Assembly: GCA_963797115.1 (NCBI GenBank)
Contig: CAWCOH010000002.1
Location: forward strand, 643,168 to 707,167
Direction: 5' to 3'
DNA from: an uncultured Alphaproteobacteria bacterium
GTDB taxonomy: Bacteria > Pseudomonadota > Alphaproteobacteria > ATCC43930 > CGMCC-115725
Length of the DNA stretch: 64,000 bases
In this document: one piece after another, positions 1 to 10,235 of the stretch
How the letters are laid out: each line of letters starts with the position of its first letter
Numbering within the stretch: position 1 is the stretch's first letter
Program-made: the position numbers and the translations under genes
The notes under the pieces: generated by a model
Told to the model about the DNA's origin: nothing
Seen by the model: the letters and a program-made list of their open reading frames with translations, nothing else
The model's database searches: none

Positions 1-356
1 CTATCATCTTCTCGCAAACGCTTGGCACCGCGCTGGGCGACTGGATGGCTGATACCGGCGGCTTGGGCTACGAGGGCGGTGCGCTTGTATTCGCCGCCGC
101 CCTCGCCACCATCGCTGCGCTTTACCTGTGGGCGAATGTGTCGCAGGTGCTGCTATTCTGGGCCGCCTTCATCCTCACCCGCCCACTCGGCGCGACCGTC
201 GGCGATTTTCTCGACAAGCCGATCAGCCACGGCGGTCTCGGGCTCAGCCGCCCGGTTGCTTCGATTGCCATTGCGGCATTTATTCTGCTCTGCCTGCTTG
301 TTCTGCCCCAACGGGCCGGGCGGCATCCCGGAGCGCCGCGATTGCAAAACTCTTGA
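1..356 (+). CDS. C-terminal part of an integral membrane protein (COG4705-like); 5' end lies outside the window
   Basis: Frame 3 is open from the window edge to the TGA at 354-356. The translation ...LLFWAAFILTRPLGATVGDFLDKPISHGGLGLSRP... is strongly hydrophobic with 2-3 TM segments. The family call rests on my memory of the FW.AFILTRPLGA motif. Confidence 0.55.
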   Translation, partial: IIFSQTLGTALGDWMADTGGLGYEGGALVFAAALATIAALYLWANVSQVLLFWAAFILTRPLGATVGDFLDKPISHGGLGLSRPVASIAIAAFILLCLLVLPQRAGRHPGAPRLQNS

Positions 357-851
357 TTTCTCCAAAGCGTTGGGCGGGCGTCACCGGATGGCGCTCTCTG
401 CGCTTAGCACGCGGCCCCGAAGGGATACACCGAAAGAGTCCGATAACATCGCTTCTGGAAAGTGGCTGAAAGCTCTCGTCAAATGCTTGTCGCGCCGCTG
501 AAACAGAGAGAGATCGGCCGGTCGCGTTCGACTCGCCTTTGGCATCCGCCTGGTGTTGGTAATACTTGACTGGCTGTGCTTTTATTTCGCGCGCTCGGCC
601 ACAAGATGTGAGTTAGCGTGACTTCGTCGGAACGGTTGATGCTCGCCGCGCTCATGCCGCCGGAGATAGGCGGGTCCCTAACTCGGCGCGACGCACTCGA
701 CCCTCTTCGCCCGAGGGGTCCGAGGGGGAGAGGGGGATAATCGTCGCCCCCGACTTGCGCGAAGCAAAACCACATCAGAAAATTGCCAGAATCATATTGC
801 ACACTGGCGGTAGCGGCGGTTCCCCAGGGAGCCGCAAACCAGACCAAGGAC

Positions 852-1388
852 ATGCCGATGACTGATGTGCTTTCGCTAACACCGCGCGGGTTGGTGCGCG
901 GGCGGCCGTTCGCCAAGGGGAACCGCCCCGCCGGGCGCCGGCCCGGTTCGCGCAACAACAAGACGCTCGCCGCGGCGGTATTGCTCGAGGGCGAGGCCGA
1001 GGCCTTGACGCGGCTGGCGGTCGATCGGGCCTTCGCCGGCGATCCGACAGCGATGCGGCTTTGTATCGAACGCATCCTGCCGCCATGCCGCGAGCGGATG
1101 GTCAAGTTCCCCCTGCCGTCGATCGAGAGTGCGGCCGACATCGCACCCACGATGAAGGCGGTCACCTCGGCACTTGCCGGTGGCGTCATCACGCCGGGCG
1201 AGGCGGGGACGATCGCGGCGGTGGTCAACACCTTCGTCCGGGCGATCGAGACGAGCGACTTCGAACGGCGCCTGAAGATCGTCGAGGCCGAGCATGCCGC
1301 GCGCCCCGCAGACGCGCCCGAAATGTTCGACGCCGAGAATGCGGGCAATTCAATTTATTGGCGAGATTTAGCTGCAGATTCACGATAG
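852..1388 (+). CDS. DUF5681-like small protein (phage/plasmid-associated family)
   Basis: ORF 783-1388, with the start moved to ATG 852 (MPMTDV). RGRPFAKGNRPAGRRPGSRNNKTL followed by LLEGEAEALTRLAVDRAFAGD..AMRLCIERILPP matches the DUF5681 pattern as I recall it. The 289-aa minus ORF 479-1348 is its antisense shadow. Confidence 0.6.
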   Translation: MPMTDVLSLTPRGLVRGRPFAKGNRPAGRRPGSRNNKTLAAAVLLEGEAEALTRLAVDRAFAGDPTAMRLCIERILPPCRERMVKFPLPSIESAADIAPTMKAVTSALAGGVITPGEAGTIAAVVNTFVRAIETSDFERRLKIVEAEHAARPADAPEMFDAENAGNSIYWRDLAADSR

Positions 1389-1440
1389 ACTTTGCTCGAG
1401 GGAGAATCCTCATGAAACCTGCGATTGCGGGTACGCAAAG

Positions 1441-1621
1441 ACCCCTCCCCGCCGTTCAGGGGGGAGAGGGAGGGGCCCGCAGATCCCCGGATCTAGTCCG
1501 CGGAGGAGGGTGAGGTGGGCAGAACGAAATCTCAGTCAATCGCCCCCCTCCCCCCGGACGGCCGGCCCTGCGGGCCGTTCCGGGGGCTGCCCTCTCCCCC
1601 CGGCCGGCGGGGGGAGAGGAT
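1441..1621. repeat. REP/RIME-like cluster of GC-rich hairpin units in an intergenic gap
   Basis: Three hairpin units: CCCCTCCCC-n8-GGGGGGAGAGGG (about 1442-1470), CGGACGGCC-n8-GGGCCGTTCCG (about 1555-1582) and CCCTCTCCCCCC-n7-GGGGGGAGAGG (about 1590-1619). No plausible coding frame. Confidence 0.7.
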
Positions 1622-1661
1622 TAATAAGTGTCGTTCGCGCGGGGGCGCGGGTGGCGGCGCC

Positions 1662-2513
1662 TCAGGCGCGACGTTGCGGGCGGCGCAGAAAATCGATGAA
1701 GATCGCCGCGAGCAGGCCTTCCTTGGCGGTCCAATCCTCCAACGCGACGTCGAGGTCGGGGCGATCCTCGGTCACTACCTCGTGATACTCGGCGTTGGGC
1801 ATCAAGCGATGGGCGGCCTGGCCTGCGGCGCGCGGGTGGGTCCGGTCACCGCCGGGGATGATGCAGGCCGGCATCGTCAGCGAGCGCAGCTCGGCCGGGC
1901 TGAGGCCGATGACCGGGTGGTCCGCCCCGTTGTTAAAGCTCTGCCGCCATTCCTCCATGACCACGATGAAGCGGTCCGCATCCATCGACAGCATCCGCCC
2001 CCGGTTGGCCGGGTTGCTCGCAATCACCTCGCCGAAATGCTCGGTGCGGCAGACCGCTTCCATGCCGCCGCGCTCTGCCGCTTCGATGAACTGCGTGTAA
2101 TAGTTCTGGGCCAGGCGCTGGGCAGCAAAAGCACCGCCGGTGACGCGCCACAGCAGCAGCCCGCGCACATCGGCAGGATGGCGCAGTGCAGCGAGCAAGG
2201 CCAGCCGGCAGCCCGACGAGCTGCCGCCGATGAAAGCGGGCGCCGCGTCGAGCTGCAACAGCAGCTCGTGGAGATCGTCGACCCAGACCTCGTTTTCGGA
2301 ATTCCCGCCGTCGAACGAGATGCCGGAGGCGCCGCAATTGCGCCGGTCGTAGACCAGCACCCGATGGCCGGCCTCGGCGATCTTTTCTCCGAGCGGCTTG
2401 ACCCCCTCGAGCCCGCGCCGCCCGCCGGGCTGAAGGGCTACCCACGAGCCCTGCCTGCCGAGCACCTCGTAGTTGATTTCGATACCCCGGACGGTCGCTT
2501 GCGGCATGGCCAT
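1662..2513 (-). CDS. alpha/beta-fold hydrolase
   Basis: 283-aa ORF with a nucleophile elbow GGSSSG and an N-terminal HRVLVYDRRNCGAS (HG-like oxyanion region). Typical abhydrolase length and layout. Confidence 0.85.
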   Translation of the reverse strand: MAMPQATVRGIEINYEVLGRQGSWVALQPGGRRGLEGVKPLGEKIAEAGHRVLVYDRRNCGASGISFDGGNSENEVWVDDLHELLLQLDAAPAFIGGSSSGCRLALLAALRHPADVRGLLLWRVTGGAFAAQRLAQNYYTQFIEAAERGGMEAVCRTEHFGEVIASNPANRGRMLSMDADRFIVVMEEWRQSFNNGADHPVIGLSPAELRSLTMPACIIPGGDRTHPRAAGQAAHRLMPNAEYHEVVTEDRPDLDVALEDWTAKEGLLAAIFIDFLRRPQRRA

Positions 2514-2752
2514 CCTCCACCCTCGGACACTGGCAATTGCGTCATCCTATTCGAGATTACCGAAAATAACATGCCTCAAGCGACAACCGACGATCCTGTC
2601 GATTTCCCCGAAGCCCGGGTTGACGGCTGCTGCGGGCGTCCCCACGCTAAAAAGCTCGCCGAGGACGAGTGCGAGTGGCGGCGCCGAAAACGAACCGCAT
2701 CTTCTCCATGCGCGGCAATCAGGGTGGGACGTAGGGTGAAGGAGAAGCGACG

Positions 2753-4159
2753 ATGAGCCCCACGCGCGTTGAGCACGACAGCCTCGGCCAGGTCGAGGTC
2801 CCCGCCGACAAGCTCTGGGGGGCGCAGACGCAGCGTTCGCTGGAGCATTTCAGCATTGGCAAGGATCTGATCCCGCGAGAGATGGTCACCGCTTACGCCG
2901 TTCTGAAGAGGGCCGCGGCCACTGCGAACCATGCGGAAGGCCGACTGCCGGACCCCGTGTACAAGCTGATCGTTCAAGTGTGCGACGAGATCCTCGCCGG
3001 CCAGCACCACGAAATGTTCCCACTGCATGTGTGGATGACCGGCAGCGGCACGCAGTTCAACATGAACGTCAACGAGGTGATTTCGAACCGCTGCTGCCAA
3101 CTCGCCGGAACCCCTCTCGGCAGCAAGTCGCCGGTTCATCCGAACGACCACGTCAACATGGCCCAGTCGTCCAACGACTCGTTTCCCTCGGCCATGTACA
3201 TCGCCACGGCGGTGAATGCCAAGCAGCGGCTGATCCCCGCGGTGAAGGCCCTCTACGACGCCATCGCGGCGAAGGCCGGAGAATGGAAGGACATCATCAA
3301 GATCGGCCGCACCCACATGCAGGACGCCACGCCGCTCACTCTCGGACAGGAGTGGTCGGGCTATGCAGGTGTGCTCGCCGACAATCTCGACCGGCTCGAG
3401 GGAGCGCTGTCAGGCGTCTATCACCTCGCGCTTGGCGGAACTGCCGTGGGAACCGGCATCAACTCGGCCCCGGGGTTCGCCGACGCCGCCGCCGCGGAGA
3501 TCGCCCGGCTCACCGGACTGCCTTTTGTCAGTGCTCCCAACAAGTTTGCCGTACAGGGCGCCCACGACGCGCTCGTTCAGTTCTCCGGCACGATGCGCAC
3601 GCTGGCCGCGTCGCTTTATAAAATCGGCAACGACATCCGCCTGATGGCGTGTGGCCCGCGGGCCGGATTTGCCGAACTGATCATTCCCGAAAACGAACCA
3701 GGGTCGTCGATCATGCCGGGCAAGGTAAACCCGACCCAGGCCGAGGCTCTGACGATGATCGCCGTACAGGTGATGGCTAACGATGTGGCAGTCGGCTTTG
3801 GCGGTGCCGGTGGTTACCTGGAGATGAACGTCTACAAGCCGCTTATCATCTTCAACATTACTCACTCGATCGCGATCCTGACCGACGGCTGCACGAACTT
3901 CCGTAAGTTCCTGGTCGAAGGAACGAAACCCAATCTGAAGAAGATTGCCGAGTACGTTGACCGCTCGCTGATGCTGGTGACGGCGCTATCCCCGGTCATC
4001 GGCTACGACAAGGCGTCGCAGATCGCGCACTACGCGATGGACAACGACCTGACCTTGAAGGAGGCGGCATTGAAACTCGGCTTCGTAACCGAAGCCGAGT
4101 TCGACCGCGTCGTCGATCCGGCGAAAATGGTCGAGCCCTACGTCGCAACCGATAAATAA
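2753..4159 (+). CDS. fumC: class II fumarate hydratase
   Basis: 468 aa. Carries the [13 protein letters not shown] signature loop, an N-terminal [21 protein letters not shown] and [14 protein letters not shown], all hallmarks of FumC. Confidence 0.97.
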   Translation: MSPTRVEHDSLGQVEVPADKLWGAQTQRSLEHFSIGKDLIPREMVTAYAVLKRAAATANHAEGRLPDPVYKLIVQVCDEILAGQHHEMFPLHVWMTGSGTQFNMNVNEVISNRCCQLAGTPLGSKSPVHPNDHVNMAQSSNDSFPSAMYIATAVNAKQRLIPAVKALYDAIAAKAGEWKDIIKIGRTHMQDATPLTLGQEWSGYAGVLADNLDRLEGALSGVYHLALGGTAVGTGINSAPGFADAAAAEIARLTGLPFVSAPNKFAVQGAHDALVQFSGTMRTLAASLYKIGNDIRLMACGPRAGFAELIIPENEPGSSIMPGKVNPTQAEALTMIAVQVMANDVAVGFGGAGGYLEMNVYKPLIIFNITHSIAILTDGCTNFRKFLVEGTKPNLKKIAEYVDRSLMLVTALSPVIGYDKASQIAHYAMDNDLTLKEAALKLGFVTEAEFDRVVDPAKMVEPYVATDK

Positions 4160-4649
4160 GGCACTTCAATTCCAAACTCGAAGCAAACAGCTCAGAAACA
4201 GGAAGGCGGGGGTGGCCAGCGCCAGCGCGAGCAGACATGTTCTTCAACACGGGCAAGGCGGCGCGCGAGGTCAGCCACAGCGTAATGGCACTCGCGAGAT
4301 AAGCCGGAAGCGGTCGTGGCGCCAGCGACCGGTTCGGGCTCTGGAGTTTGCTCCCGCGCGAACTGATCACCTGGCCGGCGACCTCGCGTTGGTGCCGGAA
4401 CGGTCGGAGTCCCAGGCGGGCACAGGCCCAGGTTTGCCGCATCGGCAAGCCGAGCGGTGACGTAATCCTGCCACAAAGCCAAGTAGCGGCAGGCAAGATC
4501 CTCGGCGTACGTCATCTGACCCAGTATATCGCCTGGCACCAATCACGGAACCGGTCATCATCCTGCCGAAGCGACTTTGATGCGGCGCTGCCGCCGAATC
4601 GCTGTATGGTAATCAGAGGGAATTTCCCTTGAGGCTAGACACCGCGCAC

Positions 4650-5261
4650 ATGAGCACCCCGAGCAGCGACACGGCGAGCGACGCAAAACCGGTGGTCGTC
4701 AAAAAATATGCCAACCGCCGTCTCTATAATACGGCTACGAGCACTTATGTCACTCTCGACGATCTCGCAAAGATGATCAAGCAGGGCGGTAATTTCGTCG
4801 CGTATGATGCTAAATCCGGAGAAGACATAACGCGCTCGGTGCTAACTCAGATCATCGTTGAACAAGAGCATAAAGGTCAAAATCTGCTGCCAATTAGTTT
4901 CTTACGCCAGATTATCAGCCTGTATGGCGACAGTATTCAGTTTCTCGTGCCAGGTTATCTTGAGCAAGCGATGGTTGCGTTTGCTCAAAACCAAGAACAG
5001 ATGCGAAAGAACTTGCAAGCTACCTTCGGTATTTTCCGATTTGGCCAGTTCGAAGAGATGGGGAAGCAAAACATGGCCCTTTTCGAGGGCGCCTTGCGGA
5101 TGCTCGCACCCTATAGTCTGGAGGAAAAGCCGGCGCCCGTTGAGGCGGGGACGCCTAAGGCGAGCGGTGAGGATCCTCGCCTGAAGCGGCTCGAAGCGCA
5201 AATCGATGCGTTAACGCGGCAACTCGAAGCATTGGGTCGCGATCGGGGAGGGGTAGAGTAG
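4650..5261 (+). CDS. phaR: polyhydroxyalkanoate synthesis repressor PhaR
   Basis: VVKKYANRRLYNTATSTYVTLDDLAKMIKQGGNFVAYDAKSGEDITRSVLTQII is the canonical PhaR N-terminal DNA-binding region. The start is set at ATG 4650; the track ORF begins at TTG 4629. Confidence 0.93.
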   Translation: MSTPSSDTASDAKPVVVKKYANRRLYNTATSTYVTLDDLAKMIKQGGNFVAYDAKSGEDITRSVLTQIIVEQEHKGQNLLPISFLRQIISLYGDSIQFLVPGYLEQAMVAFAQNQEQMRKNLQATFGIFRFGQFEEMGKQNMALFEGALRMLAPYSLEEKPAPVEAGTPKASGEDPRLKRLEAQIDALTRQLEALGRDRGGVE

Positions 5262-5287
5262 CCATCTGCCTTCGACCCTCCCCGATC
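5241..5287. terminator. candidate bidirectional hairpin between convergent phaR and the EAL gene
   Basis: Perfect 12-bp inverted repeat GATCGGGGAGGG (5241-5252) / CCCTCCCCGATC (5276-5287) spanning the phaR stop codon. There is no U-tract, so it could equally be a REP-like hairpin. Confidence 0.35.
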
Positions 5288-5311
5288 CAACTGCTAGCGC
5301 CTTCTCGGATG

Positions 5312-6121
5312 TTACAGTGCAGTCGGCACGTCGAACCTATCAGCTCGGGCTGCTGTGAGCCAAGCTCGCTCGAGCGAAGGCTGACCGAAATGATAGCCCT
5401 GCAAATATCCTATACCTTCGGAACGCAATAAGGTTGCCTCGTCGGCGGTCTCGACGCATTCCGCTATCGTGCTCAGCCCAAAACCTTTGGCTAGTTGGAG
5501 CAAATGACGAAGGAAGACCCAGCATTGGGACCGCTTCGTCAAATTCCGAACAAGAGAGCCATCGATCTTTACAATGTCGACCGGCAAGATCTGAAGATGC
5601 CGCAGCGAGGTGTGTCCGGCGCCGAAATCATCGAGCGCGACGCGGCAGCCGAGCCCGCGCAGCGTGTCGACAAAGCGCGCCGACTCCTCTATGTCGCGGA
5701 GCGCGGCCGTTTCCGTGATCTCGACGATCAGGCGCCGCGCGAGCTCGGGACGGTGGCGTAACTGCGATATCAGCAACCGCAGCCATGATCGGTCGCAAGC
5801 GGTCAGCCCGGAAATGTTGAAGCCGAGCCTGACGTCGGGATCCGTCGTCAGCTCTTCGAGCGTTGACCCCAGAACGTAACGATCAATCCGGCCGATCAGA
5901 CCGAGTTCCTCGATGACGCCGATGAACTCGCCCGCGGGGAGCACTCTCCCTTGCTCATCGCGCATCCGCAACAGACATTCGAAATAATCGACGGTACCGG
6001 TTGCCGCGCACACCACAGGTTGAAACGCGAGCATCAGGCGGTCCTGGCGTAGCGCCGCCTCTATCGCTGCGACGGCAGACCTACGTCGCTCTTGCAGTGA
6101 TTGATGGTGAATAGGACCCAC
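5312..6121 (-). CDS. stand-alone EAL-domain protein (putative c-di-GMP phosphodiesterase)
   Basis: 269 aa with ECLLRM, EITETAAL, DDFGAGHTSLRHL and KIDGSLV motifs, which together cover the EAL catalytic set. Confidence 0.9.
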   Translation of the reverse strand: MGPIHHQSLQERRRSAVAAIEAALRQDRLMLAFQPVVCAATGTVDYFECLLRMRDEQGRVLPAGEFIGVIEELGLIGRIDRYVLGSTLEELTTDPDVRLGFNISGLTACDRSWLRLLISQLRHRPELARRLIVEITETAALRDIEESARFVDTLRGLGCRVALDDFGAGHTSLRHLQILPVDIVKIDGSLVRNLTKRSQCWVFLRHLLQLAKGFGLSTIAECVETADEATLLRSEGIGYLQGYHFGQPSLERAWLTAARADRFDVPTAL

Positions 6122-6291
6122 CTGCTGGCTGCACCTGTCGCCCTCGCCCTCCGTCCGTTTTCCAGGCGCGGCCGCGAAGGGCCGATGCCGGCGCTGGAGC
6201 TCGTTCGACGCGGGGCTTGCTCGCAGGATAGGAAGGGCTGCCTTAAGTGACTCTTAAGCGCACGCGCTTCTGCGCCCTCCTGCAGCGGCGA

Positions 6292-7092
6292 TCAGGCTGG
6301 CGTGTGCGAGACAAGAAAAGGCAGGACGGCGTTGTTAAACTCCCGCGACTGCACTTGGGCTAGGAAATGACCACCGCGCGGAAAGAGCTTGATCTCTGCC
6401 CCCGGGATCAGACGCGCGAGTTCCTCGGCGAAATAGGCCGGGGTGACGAGATCGTCTTCAGCACCGATGACGAGAGCCGGTGTCTTGATTCGCCGGAGCT
6501 CACTGGTACGGTCAAACGCCAGCATGGCGTCGATCCGGCTCGCAACGATCTCCACCGGCGCAAAGGCTGCGAGGTTCTGAGCCTCGGTTTGGCGCAGCCG
6601 TTCATTGTTGCGACTAATCCACCAACTCGGGTACAGGAACAGCGTCGATGATTGTACATAGGCATTTGCGCCGAGCCGTTGCAGCACCTCCTTGCGAAGC
6701 CCGAACATCCGGCGAAAATAGGCATCAGTCTTCGTCCATGTGGACGAGAGCACAACGCTGGCAAGCCGGGCCGGATGTTCGATCGCCAAGACTTGCGCGA
6801 TTGCCCCGCCTGTCGAATGCCCCACGATGTGCGCGCGCTCGATGTGCAGAGAGTCCATCAAACCGATCACGTCGGCTGCCAAACGCTCGACCAACCACCC
6901 CACCCGTGTTTGATCGCTCTGGCCGATTCCACGGTGATCGAAGGTGATGACTTCGAACCGCCTGGCAAAAGCGCCGACCTGATCCTGCCAAAAGGACGCA
7001 AATCCGGCGAGCCCGGAGACGAACAAGACGGGGAAACCCACGCCACGCCGCTCATAGTAGAGCGAGCAGTCACCGATCGAAATCAGAGGCAT
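6292..7092 (-). CDS. alpha/beta-fold hydrolase (RutD/PcaD-like)
   Basis: 266 aa with VLFVSGLAG, FDHRGIGQSD, a nucleophile elbow GHSTGG and a C-terminal GGHF. Confidence 0.85.
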   Translation of the reverse strand: MPLISIGDCSLYYERRGVGFPVLFVSGLAGFASFWQDQVGAFARRFEVITFDHRGIGQSDQTRVGWLVERLAADVIGLMDSLHIERAHIVGHSTGGAIAQVLAIEHPARLASVVLSSTWTKTDAYFRRMFGLRKEVLQRLGANAYVQSSTLFLYPSWWISRNNERLRQTEAQNLAAFAPVEIVASRIDAMLAFDRTSELRRIKTPALVIGAEDDLVTPAYFAEELARLIPGAEIKLFPRGGHFLAQVQSREFNNAVLPFLVSHTPA

Positions 7093-7318
7093 CGATATGC
7101 TGTTCAGAAGGTAGCGAGGTCGGTATCACCGGCGCGGGTAGCCTGTCAACGTACGCGCCATGCGCGGCACGCAGGTGTGAGCAGCGTCGGTCGCCCGAGG
7201 AGGTTCGATCCTGCCTAAGTTTTGACACATCGCAACCGTTCAATCGGATAACACTAATCGTTGAGCGGGGAGCCTCGATTTAGCGGGAACCGCTTGTCGA
7301 AGCGTGTAGTGTCACTCT

Positions 7319-7819
7319 GTGACGATCAGGAGACCGGAAAGCGAGCCGACCAGGATGAGAGAACAGGAGCGGATCACTATGGCACGTGGTAACGATGGAC
7401 GTCGATCGAGTTCCAGCAGCACCGAGACGGTGCTGCTGAGCGCAGCGCCACCGTCCCGTCGTTCGACCGGCCGAACCCAAGATATCGATCGGCACGTCGG
7501 CGCTCGCATTCGCGAGCGGCGGATCATGCTTGGTTTGACCCAGCAGCAGCTGGCCGATCTGATCGGAGTCACCTATCAACAGGCGCACAAATACGAGCGG
7601 GGCATCAACCGCGTTTCGGCCGGCCGTCTGTTCGAGGTCGCGCAGGTACTCAGCGTGCCAGTCAGCCACTTCTTCGACGGGCTTGAACAAGAAAGCGGGC
7701 GCGGGATCAGTCCTCGCGAGCGGATGTGTCTCGAACTCGCCCGCAATTTCGCTCAAATCCCGAACGAACGCCATCAGGAGGCGCTGAGTCAGCTTGCCCG
7801 AGCGTTGGCGTCAGAATGA
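7319..7819 (+). CDS. XRE-family helix-turn-helix transcriptional regulator
   Basis: HVGARIRERRIMLGLTQQQLADLIGVTYQQAHKYERGINRVSAGRLFEVAQVL is a classic Cro/C1 HTH. The true start may be ATG 7379 (MARGNDG). Confidence 0.85.
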   Translation: MTIRRPESEPTRMREQERITMARGNDGRRSSSSSTETVLLSAAPPSRRSTGRTQDIDRHVGARIRERRIMLGLTQQQLADLIGVTYQQAHKYERGINRVSAGRLFEVAQVLSVPVSHFFDGLEQESGRGISPRERMCLELARNFAQIPNERHQEALSQLARALASE

Positions 7820-7820
7820 A

Positions 7821-7857
7821 GAAGGGCCGAATCGGACCCGGCCCTTCTGTTTTTTTG
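7821..7857 (+). terminator. intrinsic terminator of the XRE gene
   Basis: 9-bp stem GAAGGGCCG (7821-7829) / CGGCCCTTC (7839-7847) with a 9-nt loop, then TGTTTTTTT. It starts 2 nt after the stop codon. Confidence 0.8.
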
Positions 7858-7875
7858 CCCTGAACGGCCAAACAT

Positions 7876-8052
7876 CTAGATTGGCGGGCTTCTCCTGCCC
7901 CTCAGCCCCGTCAACAGCATCACGACGAAAACGACCAGGAAGAGGAAGAACAAGATTTTTGCAATTCCCGCGGCAGCGAACGCCACCCCTCCGAAGCCTA
8001 AGAAGCCGGCGATAATCGCGATTGCTAGAAACACCAGCGCCCAATAAAGCAT
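7876..8052 (-). CDS. DUF1328 (UPF0391) small membrane protein
   Basis: Internal start [47 protein letters not shown]. This 58-aa two-TM protein matches the family consensus as I recall it. Confidence 0.8.
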   Translation of the reverse strand: MLYWALVFLAIAIIAGFLGFGGVAFAAAGIAKILFFLFLVVFVVMLLTGLRGRRSPPI

Positions 8053-8211
8053 ATTCTCCTCCGTCGGCGGACCGCTCGGGGATGATGCCCCTTGCGTTCG
8101 GTCTGCATTCGGAAACAAGAGTACGTTCGATCCGGTTCCCAAAGCTCTAGGAGAAGTTTTCTTCTGTTGGTTAGAATGATCAAGGTCGATCTCAGCGCTC
8201 GATTTGGGGGT

Positions 8212-10152
8212 TTACACCGCCGGGCGCGAAATCACCGCGTTCGCCGGCGCGTCGATCCACATGCGAAACCACAGCTCGAGCATCAAAAGAGCCCACAACT
8301 GGGTATGGTGATCGCGGGTAGCGCTGCAGTGTTCGTCGAGCAAAAGACGGACGTAGTCCGCGCGGAAGACGCCACGCTCGCGCGCGCTCTGCGAGAGCAA
8401 CGTATCGTAAGCAAGTTCCTTGAGCTCGCCGCGGAACCAGTGGTCGACCGGACAGCTAAATCCCATCTTGGGCCGGTAAAGCAGCCCAGCCGGCAAATAT
8501 GGCTGCATCGCTGATTTGAACAGGGATTTGGTGACGCCGCGGTACATCTTGGGGATGCGCGGTATACCCACTGCCCACTCCATCAGAACATGGTCGAGAA
8601 GCGGCGAGCGGGCTTCGAGCCCGTGCGCCATGCTGGCGACATCCACCTTGACCATCAGGTCATCGGGCAGATAGGTGTGAATGTCGGCTCGATTCGCAGC
8701 GGTCACAAGGTCGTCAGCTTCATCAAAGTAGGGATCGAGGAGATCCAGCGTGGAGCCCCTCGATCGCTCGCGCATCGCCTCGCAGTATCCCTCTTCCTTG
8801 TCCCGATCGGCGAATGAAACAAACGTCGATGCGTAGCGTTGCGCCGGAAACTCCTCTGGGACCTGCAAGACACCTCGGATCCGAGGGATCCTCAACCGAC
8901 GCTGCGCCGAGGCCGGTGCCAGAGCGAGAAATCGATCTATTCCGGCCCGGCTCCAGCGCGGCGTTCTGTCGAGCCGTGACAGATAATACAGCGCCTTATA
9001 CCGGTTATAGCCGAGAAAGCACTCATCCCCACCATCCCCATTCAGCGCGACGGTCACCTTGCGACGGGCCATTTCAGAGATGTAATAGGTCGGGATCGCG
9101 GACGGATCAGCGAAGGGCTCGCCATAATGCCAGACAAGACGTGGCAGTACGCTTACCGCGTCGGGGTGGACGACCAGCTCTTCGTGGTCTGTCCCATAGC
9201 GTTTCGCTACCATGCGAGCGTACCGAGTCTCGTCATATTCCTTTGCCGAAAACCCGATCGAGAAGGTCTTGACCTTGCCGCCGCCGGCGCGCGCCATCAT
9301 CGCAACAACGGCAGAAGAATCGACCCCGCCCGACAGAAAAGCGCCGAGCGGCACGTCCGATACGAGACGGAGGCGTACGGCCTCCTCGAGCCGATCGACC
9401 AGCTCGTGCCGTAGCTCGGCGACTGTTCGATGGCGGCGCGCGGAGCGCGGCTCGGGTAAACGCCAGTAACGGATGAGTTCGGGCTCGGTCAACTCTCCTC
9501 CCGGGCGTGCATCGATAACCACATAATGTGCCGCCGGAAGTTTGCAGACGCCGGCAAAGGCGGTGTGCGGTGCCGGCACGTAGCCCAAAGTCAGATAATG
9601 GTCTATGGCGGTTAGTTCCGGCGCGCGCGCCAGACTTGGCCAAGTGAGCAATGCTTTGATTTCCGACGCGAACAGGAAGCCCGCTGCAAACCGGGCGTAA
9701 TAGAGCGGCTTCTTGCCGATCCGATCACGCGCAAGAACCAGGCGATGCGATCGCCGGTCCCAGATCGCCAGCGCGAACATGCCGTGCAATCGGGGGATGA
9801 TCCTTGGCCCCCAGGCCTGCCAGCCGTTAACGATGACCTCGGTATCGCTGCGGCTGCGGAAGCTATAGCCTGCGGCTTCGAGCTCCCGTCTTATCTCTGC
9901 GAAATTGTAGATCTCGCCGTTATAGGTGATCCAAGCAGTCTCGTCCGCGCTTGCCATTGGCTGATGCCCGGCAGGCGACAAGTCGATGATCGACAACCGC
10001 GTATGAGCGAGACCAGCCTGGCGATCGGTCCAGACGCCTTCGTCATCCGGCCCGCGATGCCGCAGCATCGCGATCATCGCCCAGAGGCGGGCCTCGAGAT
10101 CACGATTGGACGCATCTGCCTGGGACAGGAGAAAACCGCTGATGCCGCACAT
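8212..10152 (-). CDS. AsnB-family glutamine-dependent amidotransferase (paralogue 1)
   Basis: 646 aa. N-terminal nucleophile MCGISG, the glutaminase block RLSIIDLS..GHQPM and the PP-loop motif FLSGGVDSS. Confidence 0.93.
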   Translation of the reverse strand: MCGISGFLLSQADASNRDLEARLWAMIAMLRHRGPDDEGVWTDRQAGLAHTRLSIIDLSPAGHQPMASADETAWITYNGEIYNFAEIRRELEAAGYSFRSRSDTEVIVNGWQAWGPRIIPRLHGMFALAIWDRRSHRLVLARDRIGKKPLYYARFAAGFLFASEIKALLTWPSLARAPELTAIDHYLTLGYVPAPHTAFAGVCKLPAAHYVVIDARPGGELTEPELIRYWRLPEPRSARRHRTVAELRHELVDRLEEAVRLRLVSDVPLGAFLSGGVDSSAVVAMMARAGGGKVKTFSIGFSAKEYDETRYARMVAKRYGTDHEELVVHPDAVSVLPRLVWHYGEPFADPSAIPTYYISEMARRKVTVALNGDGGDECFLGYNRYKALYYLSRLDRTPRWSRAGIDRFLALAPASAQRRLRIPRIRGVLQVPEEFPAQRYASTFVSFADRDKEEGYCEAMRERSRGSTLDLLDPYFDEADDLVTAANRADIHTYLPDDLMVKVDVASMAHGLEARSPLLDHVLMEWAVGIPRIPKMYRGVTKSLFKSAMQPYLPAGLLYRPKMGFSCPVDHWFRGELKELAYDTLLSQSARERGVFRADYVRLLLDEHCSATRDHHTQLWALLMLELWFRMWIDAPANAVISRPAV

Positions 10153-10235
10153 TCGTTATAGTCCGATATCGGACGATCGTTCGCCGCCCGGTTGCCGAGA
10201 CGTCCAGCGGGCGCGGAACTCTGAGTTGCGCGGGA

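Noticed and set aside
479-1348. 289-aa minus-strand ORF
   Set aside because: It lies antisense to the DUF5681-like gene, which has a recognisable conserved motif. The translation is low complexity (S/A/R-rich).
1515-2756. 413-aa plus-strand ORF, the longest ORF in this region
   Set aside because: It lies antisense to the well-supported alpha/beta hydrolase (1662-2513) and starts inside the REP cluster. The translation is Arg/Ala/Gly/Pro-rich with no motif. This is a typical high-GC shadow ORF.
4192-4515. Minus-strand ORF (MTYAEDLACRYLALWQDYVTARL...) in the 470-nt fumC-phaR gap, possibly a PHA-related small protein
   Set aside because: Codon usage is only moderately coding-like. The C-terminal half is low complexity (P/R/W-rich), and I cannot match it to phasin or PhaE-type motifs. 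I leave it as unannotated intergenic sequence pending a homology search.
7185-7215. GGTTCGATCC T-loop-like motif, suggesting a tRNA
   Set aside because: The flanking sequence cannot be folded into acceptor, D and anticodon arms, and the putative T-stem pairs poorly. I found no tRNA anywhere in the window by eye, but a tRNAscan run would be decisive.
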